DNA of 64,000 nt, taken from assembly GCA_001643675.2 (NCBI GenBank), contig LSRY02000002.1:2542001-2606000 (forward strand), in the 5' to 3' direction. The position numbers were made by a program, and so were the translations under genes. The notes under the pieces are model-generated. The model did not search any database. It had not been told where the DNA came from and worked only from the letters and a program-made list of their open reading frames with translations. Positions 1 to 11,905 of this stretch are shown here, piece by piece. This stretch comes from Monocercomonoides exilis PA203 (lineage: Eukaryota; Protista; Preaxostyla). The number at the start of each line of letters is the position of its first letter. Position 1 is the first letter of the stretch.

Positions 1-29
1 ATTCTTTGTCACTCGCACTTCACACAGAG

Positions 30-3000
30 ATGCCTGAAGAAGCATCCAATCAGATAACACCTCAAAGCCAATCTCCTCTAAATGCTTATTCACCTGCATC
101 TGGTTTGTTGTGTCCAGCCAACGGGCATGTCATTTCTTCTTCATCATCTTCTCGTTCTCCTTCACCCTTCCCATCTCCATCCCCTTCTCCTTCCCCATCT
201 CCTTCGCCTTCTCCTTTGAGTAATTATTCCCACATCTCTAATGCATCTGCTTCATCTGCTTCATCTTCTTCATCGACGCCTGACTCCAGCAGCATCTGTG
301 CTTCAAGAGGCCTGTCTCCGTTTGCCAGTCCAAAGTACTGCGACTCCTTTGTGTGTGCAATGCCCATCACTCCTTCAGTCGCTGACAGACCAGCAAACAG
401 CCTCTCTCCTTCATCAGCACTCGCACAGGCATCCCTGTCGCTGAGCAACTTGTCGCTGCCTTCTCAGTTCTCTGCTTTCCAGCCGGCAAAATCACTCCTT
501 GACTTCGGGCGGAGAAGGCTTGACGAACAGAATGGCTCAATCGGCATGTACTCAATCAATGAAAATGATCCTGATTCTTCATCGGATCAGCTGCAGTCTG
601 CTTCAAATGGGAATTCTGTAGCGCCTTCTGCTCCTTCTCTTAATTCTACAGACACACAATTCACAGTTCATCGTCATCTTCTTCTTCCTTCTTTTTATTC
701 TGCTCAGTCAGAACAGTCAACAATTGTAACAGAGACTCAGCCATCAGCTTCTTCTGCCAAATCAACTTCTTCCTTTGCCACTTCTCTTCCTTCTCAAACA
801 TCTTCTGATGTCTCAAATGCAACTTCTGCTATTGTTTCTAGTTCTCCTTCTTCTTCTGCATCTTCTGCATCTTCCAGTTCATCAACCACAGTCAATTCTG
901 TTCCGTCTTCATTGTTTGATGTTTCTTCATCGAAAGCTCAGAAGACACAGCTGCGTTCTTTGCTGGATTATTCATCTGCCAACCACTCAAAAAATGAATC
1001 TCCAGCAATTCTGCCAGCCTCTTTGGTTGCATCTGCCTCAAATGACAGCACAAACAGAGATGTTCTGTCTTCGCCCGAGCACAAGTCTTGTTTTCTTCCT
1101 CCGCTTTCGACTTCTCCTCCTCTTCCATCAGACATTCACACAACTTTCACGTCACTCTCCCCTTCTCCTTCTCCCTCTCCACAAAGCCCTCAACTTTCCA
1201 CTTCGCCTGTGCCAGTCGGCCTGCCTTCTTCTTCATCGCCTGCCATTCCTCTGCAAAAGTCCCCCAGAAACTCTTCTGTTCCCAATGGCTTCGCAGAGCA
1301 TTCTGCAAAAGTCGCAAAAAGAGCTCTTCCGCCACTCCGCCGCCGGCCGTCGTCTGTCGCCTCGTCTTCTCGTCTCATCGCTCCTTCTGCCAAAAGCTGC
1401 GTGTTGGCTGCTGCTGACTGCACGCACGATGACAGCAACGCACGCGATTTATCGAATGATGGAGTATTTTCTTCCTCTTCGTATTCTTCCTCTTCATATT
1501 CTTCTTCTTATTATTCATCTGCTGCTGCTTCTTCTACTTTGTCTTCTTTTGGCCATCTTTCGTCTTTTCCCTCTTCCTCTGCTGCCAACATGTTTGCCCT
1601 CCATTCCTCTCTCATTCTTCCGCCTTCTTCCAAAAACACACACAACTTCGCTCATCCCAAAGACACCCCCTTTTTCCTTCGCCCAAACACAAAAGGACGC
1701 TTTCCGCGTTGTCTTTCAACAGCAACTTCTTCTTCCTCTTCTGTCAATCTTCCTCTGTTTAGCATCAGCAGCACACATCAGCCTCATCTTCCTCATCAAC
1801 CCCATCTGCCTCATCTGTCTCAATTGCCCCATTTGCAGCATCTTCTGCCCACTGCCTCGTCATCCGCGTTCTTTCCGCCGGTTTCGCTCGCAAAAGGAGG
1901 AGATGTGCTGATGCAAACAGGCTCCTCTGCATCGGCGGGGACTTCTCAGTATTTGTCTGCCTTCACCCGCCATTCAATGCATTCACAGCATTCGTCGCAT
2001 TCACCGCATTCTCGCAGCACTTCGCCTGTCTTCCATTTGCAGCCAGCAGACAACAAAATGCTTCGAAGTGTCTCGGTTGCATCGTCTTATCCAGCAAGCG
2101 CATCGGCTGCATCTGGGTTTGTGCTGAAGAAAAAGTCGAAGAAGCGGAAGTTGCCAGATGAACAGAGACAGCATAAAATGACTTCAATTCCATTTGAAAG
2201 CGAAGGAATTGATGAAGTTGATAATGAGCTTACCATGAACAGTCTTGATGGGACTTCTGAAGATCAAACGTTCAACACGAAAGAGCCGAAGAGTTCAGAA
2301 GAGCCGACATTTGTATTCTCAAAGAGAAGGCAGCCACAGAGAGCATTGTTTATGTCACTTTCTCTTCCAGACAGCTCATCTGCTGATCTGTCACACAGCC
2401 ACAAGTCAATAAAATCACACATTTCTAACAGCAATCAACTCCATACGAATCAGATGCTGTCTCAACACACTCCATTTCCGATGCATCCAAATCGATTATC
2501 GCCAGAAATGAAGAAGAAGAAGCGAAGTTTTTCTTCGTTCAATCCTCCACTTCTTCATGTGGACACAGCTAATCTGTCTTCAAATACTTATTTGTTTGAT
2601 ACCAAGTCCAAAGCTTCTGTTAAAATGCCATCTGATCATCTGCAGCAATCTGACCCATCGCCTTATTTGTCAAAGTCCTTCGATTCGTCTTCATTCAAAG
2701 AGGATTCAAGAACTGCAACAGAGACGCATTCCCATTCACATTCAGATGTTTTGCCTTCGATTAGCACAAACGCAACATCAACAAGGTTTTCTCCAAAGAT
2801 GCCATCGCCTTCTCTTTCATCATATCACACGTCTCCTTCTGCCTACTCTTCTCTGCCTTCTCATATTTCTCGTTCTTCTAGTCCCGAAAACCAAAATGCG
2901 TTCGACAGAAAAGCAGGATCACTGCGACGTTCGATGCCATTTCGCGAGGAAGAATACAAAGCACTCAAAAACACACTTTCATTGCAGTTTGATGCCATCG

Positions 3001-3323
3001 AAAGAAAAAGTGAAAAGAAAGGCAGAAACAAACAAAGAGGAATACAGAAAACAGAAAAGACAGGGAAAGAGGAGGAAAATGAGCTTGTTCAACAGAAGCT
3101 GGAAAGAGGGCTGGCTGAAACAGAAAAACAGTCACCAGAAAAAGAAAAGAGGAAAATGGCGACTTTCATTCGAGAGCGCTTTCGGGAAGAGCTCAGAGCA
3201 GAAATGGAAGAAAGAGCGAGAAAGGAGAAGATGGAGAAGATGGAGAAGATGGAAAGCTCATTCAAAGGAAGGAATGGAGAACAAATTGGAAAAAACAGAG
3301 AAAGAGGAAGAGAACGTTTATGA
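30..3323 (+). CDS. Ser/Pro/His-rich low-complexity hypothetical protein with basic NLS-like patches and a charged C-terminal helix; may extend 5' of the window
   Basis: Open frame of ~1100 codons (first ATG at 30, stop TGA at 3321-3323) followed by an abrupt shift to AT-rich DNA. (PS)n and (HQPHLP)n repeats, KKKSKKRK and KKKKRS patches. No recognisable domain. Confidence 0.7.
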   Translation: MPEEASNQITPQSQSPLNAYSPASGLLCPANGHVISSSSSSRSPSPFPSPSPSPSPSPSPSPLSNYSHISNASASSASSSSSTPDSSSICASRGLSPFASPKYCDSFVCAMPITPSVADRPANSLSPSSALAQASLSLSNLSLPSQFSAFQPAKSLLDFGRRRLDEQNGSIGMYSINENDPDSSSDQLQSASNGNSVAPSAPSLNSTDTQFTVHRHLLLPSFYSAQSEQSTIVTETQPSASSAKSTSSFATSLPSQTSSDVSNATSAIVSSSPSSSASSASSSSSTTVNSVPSSLFDVSSSKAQKTQLRSLLDYSSANHSKNESPAILPASLVASASNDSTNRDVLSSPEHKSCFLPPLSTSPPLPSDIHTTFTSLSPSPSPSPQSPQLSTSPVPVGLPSSSSPAIPLQKSPRNSSVPNGFAEHSAKVAKRALPPLRRRPSSVASSSRLIAPSAKSCVLAAADCTHDDSNARDLSNDGVFSSSSYSSSSYSSSYYSSAAASSTLSSFGHLSSFPSSSAANMFALHSSLILPPSSKNTHNFAHPKDTPFFLRPNTKGRFPRCLSTATSSSSSVNLPLFSISSTHQPHLPHQPHLPHLSQLPHLQHLLPTASSSAFFPPVSLAKGGDVLMQTGSSASAGTSQYLSAFTRHSMHSQHSSHSPHSRSTSPVFHLQPADNKMLRSVSVASSYPASASAASGFVLKKKSKKRKLPDEQRQHKMTSIPFESEGIDEVDNELTMNSLDGTSEDQTFNTKEPKSSEEPTFVFSKRRQPQRALFMSLSLPDSSSADLSHSHKSIKSHISNSNQLHTNQMLSQHTPFPMHPNRLSPEMKKKKRSFSSFNPPLLHVDTANLSSNTYLFDTKSKASVKMPSDHLQQSDPSPYLSKSFDSSSFKEDSRTATETHSHSHSDVLPSISTNATSTRFSPKMPSPSLSSYHTSPSAYSSLPSHISRSSSPENQNAFDRKAGSLRRSMPFREEEYKALKNTLSLQFDAIERKSEKKGRNKQRGIQKTEKTGKEEENELVQQKLERGLAETEKQSPEKEKRKMATFIRERFREELRAEMEERARKEKMEKMEKMESSFKGRNGEQIGKNRERGRERL

Positions 3324-4555
3324 GTTGAAGAAATGAACCACAAAATCATTGAATTCAAAAAAATCAAAAAAGAATCTAAAAAAAATCTTCGTGTTAATGT
3401 GTGCAATGATATTTGTTAATTAGCAGTCAATGTTATTTTGAGGAATTCAATTTATTGTTGCAAAATAAGTTGCATGCCCAAATGAAATAGAAGGGACCTC
3501 AGTAAAAGAATTGAAAGTTGTGAATTTGTAATTTTGTTTATAAAATATTTATTATTTTGATATTTGAAACACTTTTTTTTAATTTCATATTTTGAGTTTT
3601 TCTCACAATTGTAACAGATTATTTATTATGAAGTTGCTTTTGATTTTTATTTCGTCAAAGTCTTAATGCTTTTTGTGATAGTTTTTATAGCACTTTTTAG
3701 ATGATTGTCTTCATTGCATCTTATTTTGTGCAGTCATATGAAATGTGTATTTTCTCGTTTATGTAATGTTTTGCAGAGTTGCTCCGAAAAGAGCCAACTC
3801 CATTCTTTTTTTAAGCATTTCAATTTTATTGTGAAAGTCTGTCTTTTTTGTAATTTTTGGAGCTTGTGATTAAATGTTAGATCCATTATGAGACATTTAT
3901 ATTCCTTTCTTTCTTTTTCATTGTTAATTATATATGTACTGTTAGTTTCTCAATTGTTATCTTTTCAATATAAAAAACTTTATTTTTTTCTTTGATACAC
4001 TTTGTCGTCTGATGTTTACATTTCTAGTTGGTATTTCTTTTTATGAGTGATATTTGTCTATCAGATGTCGAACATTTAAGTCTGGCTCGTGTTGTTGAGA
4101 ATATGAGTCGGCTGAATATTATTCTTGCTCACTTCCAGTGATGCTTTATTTGGATTTTTGCTTTGTAGCTGAAACGAGACGCTTTCAGAGATTGCATTTT
4201 TATTATTTCTTTATTTATTCATCTTATAATTTCGGATCATTGTTCAAATAATCCCAAATCTATTCTGTAGCGACTAATATGTCATAAAAAAGAAGTCTGA
4301 GCATTTGCTTACAAGCTTCGTAAAAAAGCATTTTTCATCTCTGATGTTTTGCTTAATAATTTTTGTTTTCAGCACTAACAAAAGACTGAAAAAAGAATTT
4401 TTATTATGTAATAAAAGCACTTTTTTTATATTAGAGCAAAAACACAAACATTATTTAACAAAAGCTCATATACAGAATAACTAAGAAACAAAAAATACAA
4501 AATGAACTCAGATTGTAGTTTAATCAAGCCCAACGGTTGATTTTTTTGAATGATT

Positions 4556-5739
4556 CTAAGAACGTTTTTCAGACGCTTTTCTTTTCTTTCCTTTTGCATC
4601 TTCAACGTCTTCTTCTTCCGCATCTTCGTCTTTTCCTTCTTCTGCAGAAACAGGAACTTTCATTTCTTCAGTTGTTGCCACACATTCATCAGCCGCTGCT
4701 CTTGTACGCTTTTCTGGTAGCACTTGAATGGCATCAAGCTTTTTCTTTGAGTCAGATGCTTTGCAAGAAGATGGGCATGATGAAGACGATGCAACACATT
4801 GGCCGTCTTCGCATTGAGGCTTATCTCCTGCATCTTCCTTTCCTATTGTGTCACTTGTTGATATAATCCATTGAACACATGACTGTCCAGCTTTTTTCAT
4901 TTCTGAGTCAATATTTGTGAATGAAAGCACAGTATGGAAAGCTTCAACAGCGGGATGAGGTGCTTTGACAATGGAGCAGTGTGGATTCATTCCGGTTTTA
5001 CTTGAAATCTGATTAATAATTTTTTCTAATTTTTGAGCGTGTCCACCCCATAAAACGAACGTGATGTGCTTTAATTCAGTATCTGTGGAATTAACTTTAG
5101 CTTTTGCTTCAAAAAGTGTTTCGATTATTCTCTTGACAATCGGCTTCCAAAATGCTGTGTGTGTTTGAAGCTCTTGCTGTGGACGTCAAAATAATTGATT
5201 ACAAATCAAAAATTGCAAATTTTAAACAAAATTACATTTGATAAATGTAAGCAGAAACTAAAATATTTTCAAACTGTTGAAGTATAAGTCAGAGAGGTAT
5301 TGAGCCAAAGCACTCCTTGTCTTCCAGTTCGGAAAAACCATTCATATGGAGAAACCATTTTCAATTTTTTCATTTGTGCTCTTAATTCTTCAACTTTTGA
5401 AGTTGGCGTCAATTTTTTTTCGCAAATTAGAAGATTTTTAAAAATATTTCTCATTGATGGGCATGTTGGACTTGTCCAGCTGTGAATAAGTCCATCGCAA
5501 AATGAAATTCCAATAGCAGATTCCTTGCGTGGATAAGGATCTTGTCCAAATATAACAACTTTGCACTTCTCTGGTGTCGTAAGATTTAACGCTTGAAATG
5601 TATTTTCCAAATCGGGAAACATTGTCCGTCTCTTTTTTGTTAAATAAGATTCCGCATCTGGTTGTGATTCAATTGTATCACGTAAATATGGAATCCAAGT
5701 GGGATTAAGTATGTTTTCCAAATGCAAATCTTTGGACAT
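4556..5739 (-). CDS. UNG: Uracil-DNA glycosylase (family 1-like, atypical), 2 exons: 5739-5275 and 5176-4556
   Basis: VVIFGQDPYP, GVLWLNTSLT, HTAFW, FVLWGGHA and APHPA occur in UNG motif order. A phase-0 GT..AG intron (5274-5177) joins the two ORFs in frame. Acidic then basic C-terminal tail. Confidence 0.9.
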
Positions 5740-5918
5740 TTAAATTGTTATTCAATAAAAAAATGTTATGGAATCTTCGTTATCATTTATTTTCTGTGAA
5801 TAATGAAAACAGGTTTTTGTTGTTGATGGAAAATCTTTATCAATCAATGCAAATTTTTAATTTAAAGACAATTTGTGTAAGGTTAAGATCAAATTTGATC
5901 AAATCAGAAAAGTCCAAG

Positions 5919-8900
5919 ATGCAAAATCGATTTACGCTTGATCGTGGCATGAACGGTACCCCTGGAATAGGTCCACCGGGAATGCAGGGACAGCCTATGC
6001 CTGGAGGATATCCACCTCTTCAAGGAGGACCTCCACAAATGTATCCAATGCCTCAATTAACTCCATATCCTCCAACCCCTGGATTTCCTCAATATCCTCA
6101 ACAACAACCAGTAATATTTCACATTTTTAAATAATTTTCTTAATTATAACTTTTTGAATGCCCTTTTTAATTTACAAGATACCAGGAATATCTCCTTACC
6201 CTCCCATGCCAGGATACATGACCCCTGGACCAATTCCTTATCCAACCATGCAGCCCACTCCTTCACCATATACCCCTATGCCACCGCAACAACCTGTTTG
6301 AATTTTGTTTTTTTGTAGATACACTAGTTTTTTTTTAAATAAATGTTTTTAAATGCACAGCTTCCACCATTAATGGGGCAAAGCACACCTGCACCATACC
6401 TTCCAATGCCAGGAGGGCAAACTCCTGGTATTCCACCTCAAATGACACCGTATCCACAAAGTACCTACTCAACACCTGTTCCAACACCAATTCCATCATA
6501 CGTTCCAGCAGCTCCAATCAATGGTATAATTTTGTATTTGACTGTTTCATTTCTGTAATTTTCATTGTTATATCTTTCAAATTTTAGACATTGATGGAGC
6601 AGAAATTATCAAAATGTTTCCATATGCAAATTCTCATGAGGACTATATTTGTCCAACTGTATTTGCCTATCCAAGTAAGCAATCAATTTTAGACAAATGG
6701 TCTCTTCCGTTTGGAGCTATTGTTCAGCCATTAGCACCTGTTCCAGCTAATCATGTTTGCTGCTTGTTGAAGCAAGTTTTTTTTTCAATTTAGAATTATT
6801 ATTTTATATTTAAAAATAAAATAAAATAAAATCGTTTTTTTGGATTCAGCCACCTGTTCCCTTCATCGATTTTTCGCCCATTGCGCCAATTCGTTGCTCA
6901 TCATGTTTTGGATACATTAATCCCTTTGTGACATTTTTCGATAATGGAGCCAGATGGAAGTGCAACCTTTGTGGAAATAGTAACGAAGGTATCAAATATA
7001 ATTGTTCATTTTCTTTTATTATTTTTAAATTTCATTCCACATTTTCGTATTGCATATGCGCCTTTGAATGATATACATAATTCTCCTCTTTCCTCTTCGT
7101 TCAGTTCCACCAGCATATCGCCAGCCCCTCGATCCAGAGAGTGGGCTCATCCAAGACCACGCCCGGCACTTTGAGCTGACACACGGCTCGATCGAAATAA
7201 AAGCTCCGCCGCAGTACACGAAAGGGCAGACACGCTGCTTGAACATCGGCTTTGTGCTGGACATGACAGAGACAGCGCTTGCGTCAGGATCCTTTGAGTG
7301 TGCCTGTGAGGCGATTCGTGTGAAGATAGAAGACATGGTGTTAGGGAAGAGAACTGGACCAGATGGGACACAAGGTCTGTTGGATTGTAATGAAATATTG
7401 TTATTCAGCTCTTTTTATTTGATTTAATTTTATGTTTTTGTTGCTTGCTCATATAATGCAAATATTCTGATGTTTTATTTGTTATTTCTTCCATTGAACT
7501 GTTTAGTTCCTGTGCATTTTGTGACTGACAGAACACAATTCACATTTATCACATTTGATGAGACATCGATCCAGTTCTACGAATTCATTCCACCCTCAAG
7601 ATTGCAGAAGGATCCAAGTGCAGCCAACTCATCATCTTCCTCATCTTCTTCCTCCTCCTCTGCTTCTGCTTCATCATCATCCTCTTCCTCTTCTGCATCA
7701 TCTTCCTCATCTGCATCTGATGCTGCATCAACCGCCCCATCCACTGCTCCTTCTGTTGCACCTTCAACTGCTCCTGACTCTTCCTCCTCTTCTTCTTCCT
7801 CCTCATCTTCCTCATCCTCTTCATCCTCATCAACATCATCAGGTGTGACATACACAATGACCAGCACTGGCCCTATGCCACTTGTTGCCCATCCACCCCA
7901 AGTGCATTCCCTGGCTGATGTTGATGAAATCGTCTTCCCTCTTCCCCCACGCCAGCTGGTTGTGCCACTCACCCTCCACATCCATACCCTCCTCCATCTC
8001 CTCAGCTCCACCCTACCTCACCACGCCCGCCTCGTCCACCAGCAGAACTTGGAGCGCATTCAGCGCCCACTCACAGAGGAAGAGCTGGCTGAACGAGAAA
8101 GCAGCAAGGACGAACCACCGGCGCTGTTTGGAGAAGTCGGCGAGGCCACAAAGGAGTCGATGAGACAGATCGGCGGATCAGCTGCAGGAGCTGCTATTGA
8201 AGCTGCAATCACTCTGATGGTGTGAATTATCACTTAAACATTTAACGCTTTTATATTTGTTTTGTTATTCTATTGTTAATGTTATTATAATAATAATAAA
8301 TTGGATTTTGATGAAATATTTTTGCAGGCACCAACAGGCGGAACTATTTTGGTCTTTCTTGCGACTCGCCCTGGAATTGGAAGAGGAAAACTGGCTGATC
8401 GTTTTGACTCATCAAACGTGGGGAATGACAAGGAAACAACATTGATCGGTTTGGAAAATTCATTTTATTTACTTTTTGATTATTCTAAATTAAAAAATAA
8501 ATAAATATTTGTCTCGCTTTTTGTGAATGTAGATACGCCTGAAACATTTTACAAGGATCTCATCAAGAAATGTGTCGACTCACAGACTTCAATCAACATC
8601 TTTGCATTTCCACACGAACAATATTTGGATCTGGCATCGATTGGTTTGTAATCTCTTTGAATAAATAATATAATTCATTGTCTCATTGTGATAATTATGC
8701 TATTTCCTTCATTGATTAATTATTCATCCAGCTCCTCTGTGTGAGCACACTGGAGGCAGTCTTTTGACCTTCCCGTCGTTCAACATATTCTCTCCTGTCT
8801 CTTCCTGCCACTCACTCTCAGCTGCTGTGGCGTCCATTCTGCTCGACCAGAGAAGAGGAATGGAGTCTGTCATACGCCTCAGATGCTCTCGCGCCGTCGT

Positions 8901-11257
8901 CCTCAAAAAATTCTACGGCCATTTCCATTCAGAGACTGCTAATCTGCTCTCACTCCCAACCATCACTCAGGTGTGGATGCGTGGGGGAAATGAGAAATAT
9001 ACAATATTCAATATTCATATCTTATAAATGTTTAAATCATGTTTTTCACTTTTGCTTTTATGTTAGAAATCTTTGTATTCTAATTTATTTAATTATTAAT
9101 TTTATGCTTTAAATTTTTTGTCTGATCTTTTTGATTACACTTAGGCGAGTGCATTTGGAGTTGAGTTGGGACTTGATGAGTCGATGCTATCGATGACACA
9201 GACATGCATCTACATTCAGGCATCCTGCCTGTTCACAACAATCAAAGGAGAAAGAAGAATTCGTCTGCACAACCTCAGACTTCCTTTGGTTTGCATATTC
9301 TTTTTTTAAATTCTTTTTGACTTTGCATTTTGTATGAATTACTCAACTTATCTATTTCAATGTGGCTGTGGGTGTTATTCTATGGATTTATTATTTGTAA
9401 TATGAATATTCGATTAGGTTGACTCTCTTCTTGCAATGTATGGTGCCTTTGATTCGCAAGCAGCACTTTCACTCCAAACAAAGAAGGCGGCCGAGAAGAT
9501 GCTGAACACTCCCCTTTCTCTTCTGACATCAGAAATCCAACAGGACACAGCACGCGCTTTTGCCAACTACATCGCCGCCGCTGCTGCTGATCCACACGGC
9601 GCAGATGAATGTGTCCGCATTGGCGGGGGAGACACAAAAAGCATGTCAGAAGCCTCGTCCACCGTCGACTCGCAGATCGACTCCTCTTCTGCCTCGTGGA
9701 AAGTGCCCCCCATTCCTGACTCCCTCAGAAGCTACATCCTCTACCTGATGGCACTCGAGAAGTCGCCCATGCTCCGCCTCGGCATGATCGCCCCTGCACT
9801 CGAAGACAACGCTGCTGCCAAGGGCATCTTCCTCTCGTCGCTGTATCCTTTCTCGTTCGCCCCGCTGCCCATCGCCAACTCCATCGCCTTCGACTCTGCG
9901 CTGCTTGCGTCGCTTCCGCCCGAATTCGCTGAGCAGCCTGAGATGCGCAGCATGTCCATTCCCTTTTCGCTCACTCCATCGCTCGCCATCTGCGCAGACG
10001 GGAAAGTGGGTGCCAGGCACTATCTGTTTGAGAGTGGCACGAGAAAGACACTCTGCTTCTTGTATCCAAGGCTCTTTCGCATCGACACGTTCACCGAATA
10101 CGACTGCGAAGACATTCCGATTCTCTCTCCGTCTGAAATGGAAGAGGCAGAAAAGAAGAAGTCGTCAGAGAAGAACAGCACAACAGGCAGTGTTGTGTCT
10201 GAGAAGACAGAAGACACGAAGACAGAGCAGTCAGACAAGAAGGTGGAGTTTGTGTTCCAGAAGCCCCCTCTGCTCCGCCTGTCGCAGTCATCGCTGAGTC
10301 CAGAGGGTGTCTACTTGTTCTTCTCTCCACTCATTGCGCTCTTGTACTTTGGCAATGACACCCCACAGGAGGTGAAGGAGGCGCTGTGTGTGCCCACCGA
10401 GAGTGTACTGGCTGTTGTTGAAGGAGAGCGATTGAAGAAAGACAGAGAAGCCAGAGAAAAAGAGAAAGAAAACCAAAAGATCATCAAAAGAGCAACTGGT
10501 GGTGACGAGTCTGAGGTTGATGAGATGTTCGCTGAAATGTTTCCTGAAGATTGTATGTTCAATTTTGACTAATTTTATTTTATTTTATTTTTAAACTTTT
10601 GTTGCTTCTTTTTATTTTTAATATTATCTATTTTATTGTTGTTATTATTATTATCCTTCTTTCATCCCAAACATTCTTGAATTATCATTTTTGGATTATT
10701 TTCCAATGAACTCATTCTCATTTTCTCTTTCAGCCACCACTGAAACCCTTCCAACTATCCCTCTTTACACTGTGTGCCCGTTCCGTCCCTCTTTCGTGAG
10801 CACGTCTTCCTCTCCGCCCGTGGTTGCCTTCTTGTCCACAAACAAAAGACACGCCAAGTGGCAGCTGGCACCTGCAATGCAGTCGCCGCTTTCTCTCAAA
10901 CTCCACAAGCTTATTTATCATCTCACACGAGAATTGTATGTTGTTATTCTTTCGCATTCTTCATTTATTCGATTTCGCAAACTATTCTCAATTTCTTATT
11001 CCTGTTTATTCTTTCAAAATTAATTTTTCCAAACAATTTTTTTTTAAAATAAAAAATTAATTGCCTTTTCTTTCTGGATAATTTCTCGATTTGATAGTTG
11101 TGACAATTCTGAGCCAGTGACAGTGTTTGTTGTGGAGGCAGGTGAAGACTTTGATGAGAGCATTCTGTCGCATCTTCTCCTCGAAGACACGTGGATCACA
11201 CAGACCGGATACACCGATTATGTTGCCCAAATCATGGCGCTTTCAAAGCAGATATAG
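5919..11257 (+). CDS. SEC24: COPII coat subunit Sec24, about 14 exons
   Basis: Pro/Gln-rich N-terminus, SLPFGAIVQPLA, zinc finger PIRCSSCFGYINPF...WKCNLCG (6850-6988), ELTHGSIEIKAPPQY, trunk FVLDMT, GERRIRLHNLRLP, LYPRLF and PPLLRLSQSSLSPEGVYL gelsolin-like region. All inferred introns are GT-AG and keep frame. Stop TAG at 11255-11257. Confidence 0.92.
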
Positions 11258-11905
11258 ACTCTGATGAATCTGTGAGCATTTTTTGTTTACTGGACTTCTG
11301 AGATTAAATGCACTCATAGATTCATTTGTTATGAAATTTTAGATTAATCTTGTTCTATTTTCTCAATCTGTTTATTTGCGTGTTGAAATAAGCTGAGAGG
11401 CTAAATATATATTTATATATATATTACTCAGTTTGTTTTTTGTCTTCTTTAACCTCTCTCAATTTGGTTGTTATAGAATTCCATGTTTATCTTTTAGGGA
11501 TGAGGCGCAATAATTTACAAGTTTCTTTTTTAGCTTTTCATGCTTATTTTTTATTTCTTCTTTTCGAATAATTCTCGCGTTTTAATGTTGTCATTTTTCT
11601 TTATTTCTGAATCAGTTCAAAAACTGTTTTCTTTCTTTTTCATGTTTTCTATTCATTGTCAATGATATTATGTGGCATCTTTTTAACTCTCTATTATCAC
11701 GTCAACTCACATTTAAGTATGCTCTTTTCAGAGCAATCCTCATTATTTTTTTGAAGTGTTTGATATCTTACTGAAATGGTTGATATGTAAAGCAATATAA
11801 CAGCATGACGTTTCAGGGCTCCGTGACAAAAAATTTGCTTCAACAACATCTTTGGTTTATTGCGTGCATCCTAGTCTATTAATTTTAACTGTTAGCTTAT
11901 ATTTT

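Noticed and set aside
775-3336. Overlapping ORFs 775-1911 and 2557-3336 (and similar shadow ORFs at 7555-8163 and 9560-10330)
   Set aside because: Alternative-frame or antisense shadows of TCN-rich low-complexity coding sequence.
4080-4200. Possible C/D snoRNA (GTGATG...CTGA)
   Set aside because: Box C is imperfect, there is no convincing terminal stem, and no target complementarity could be verified.
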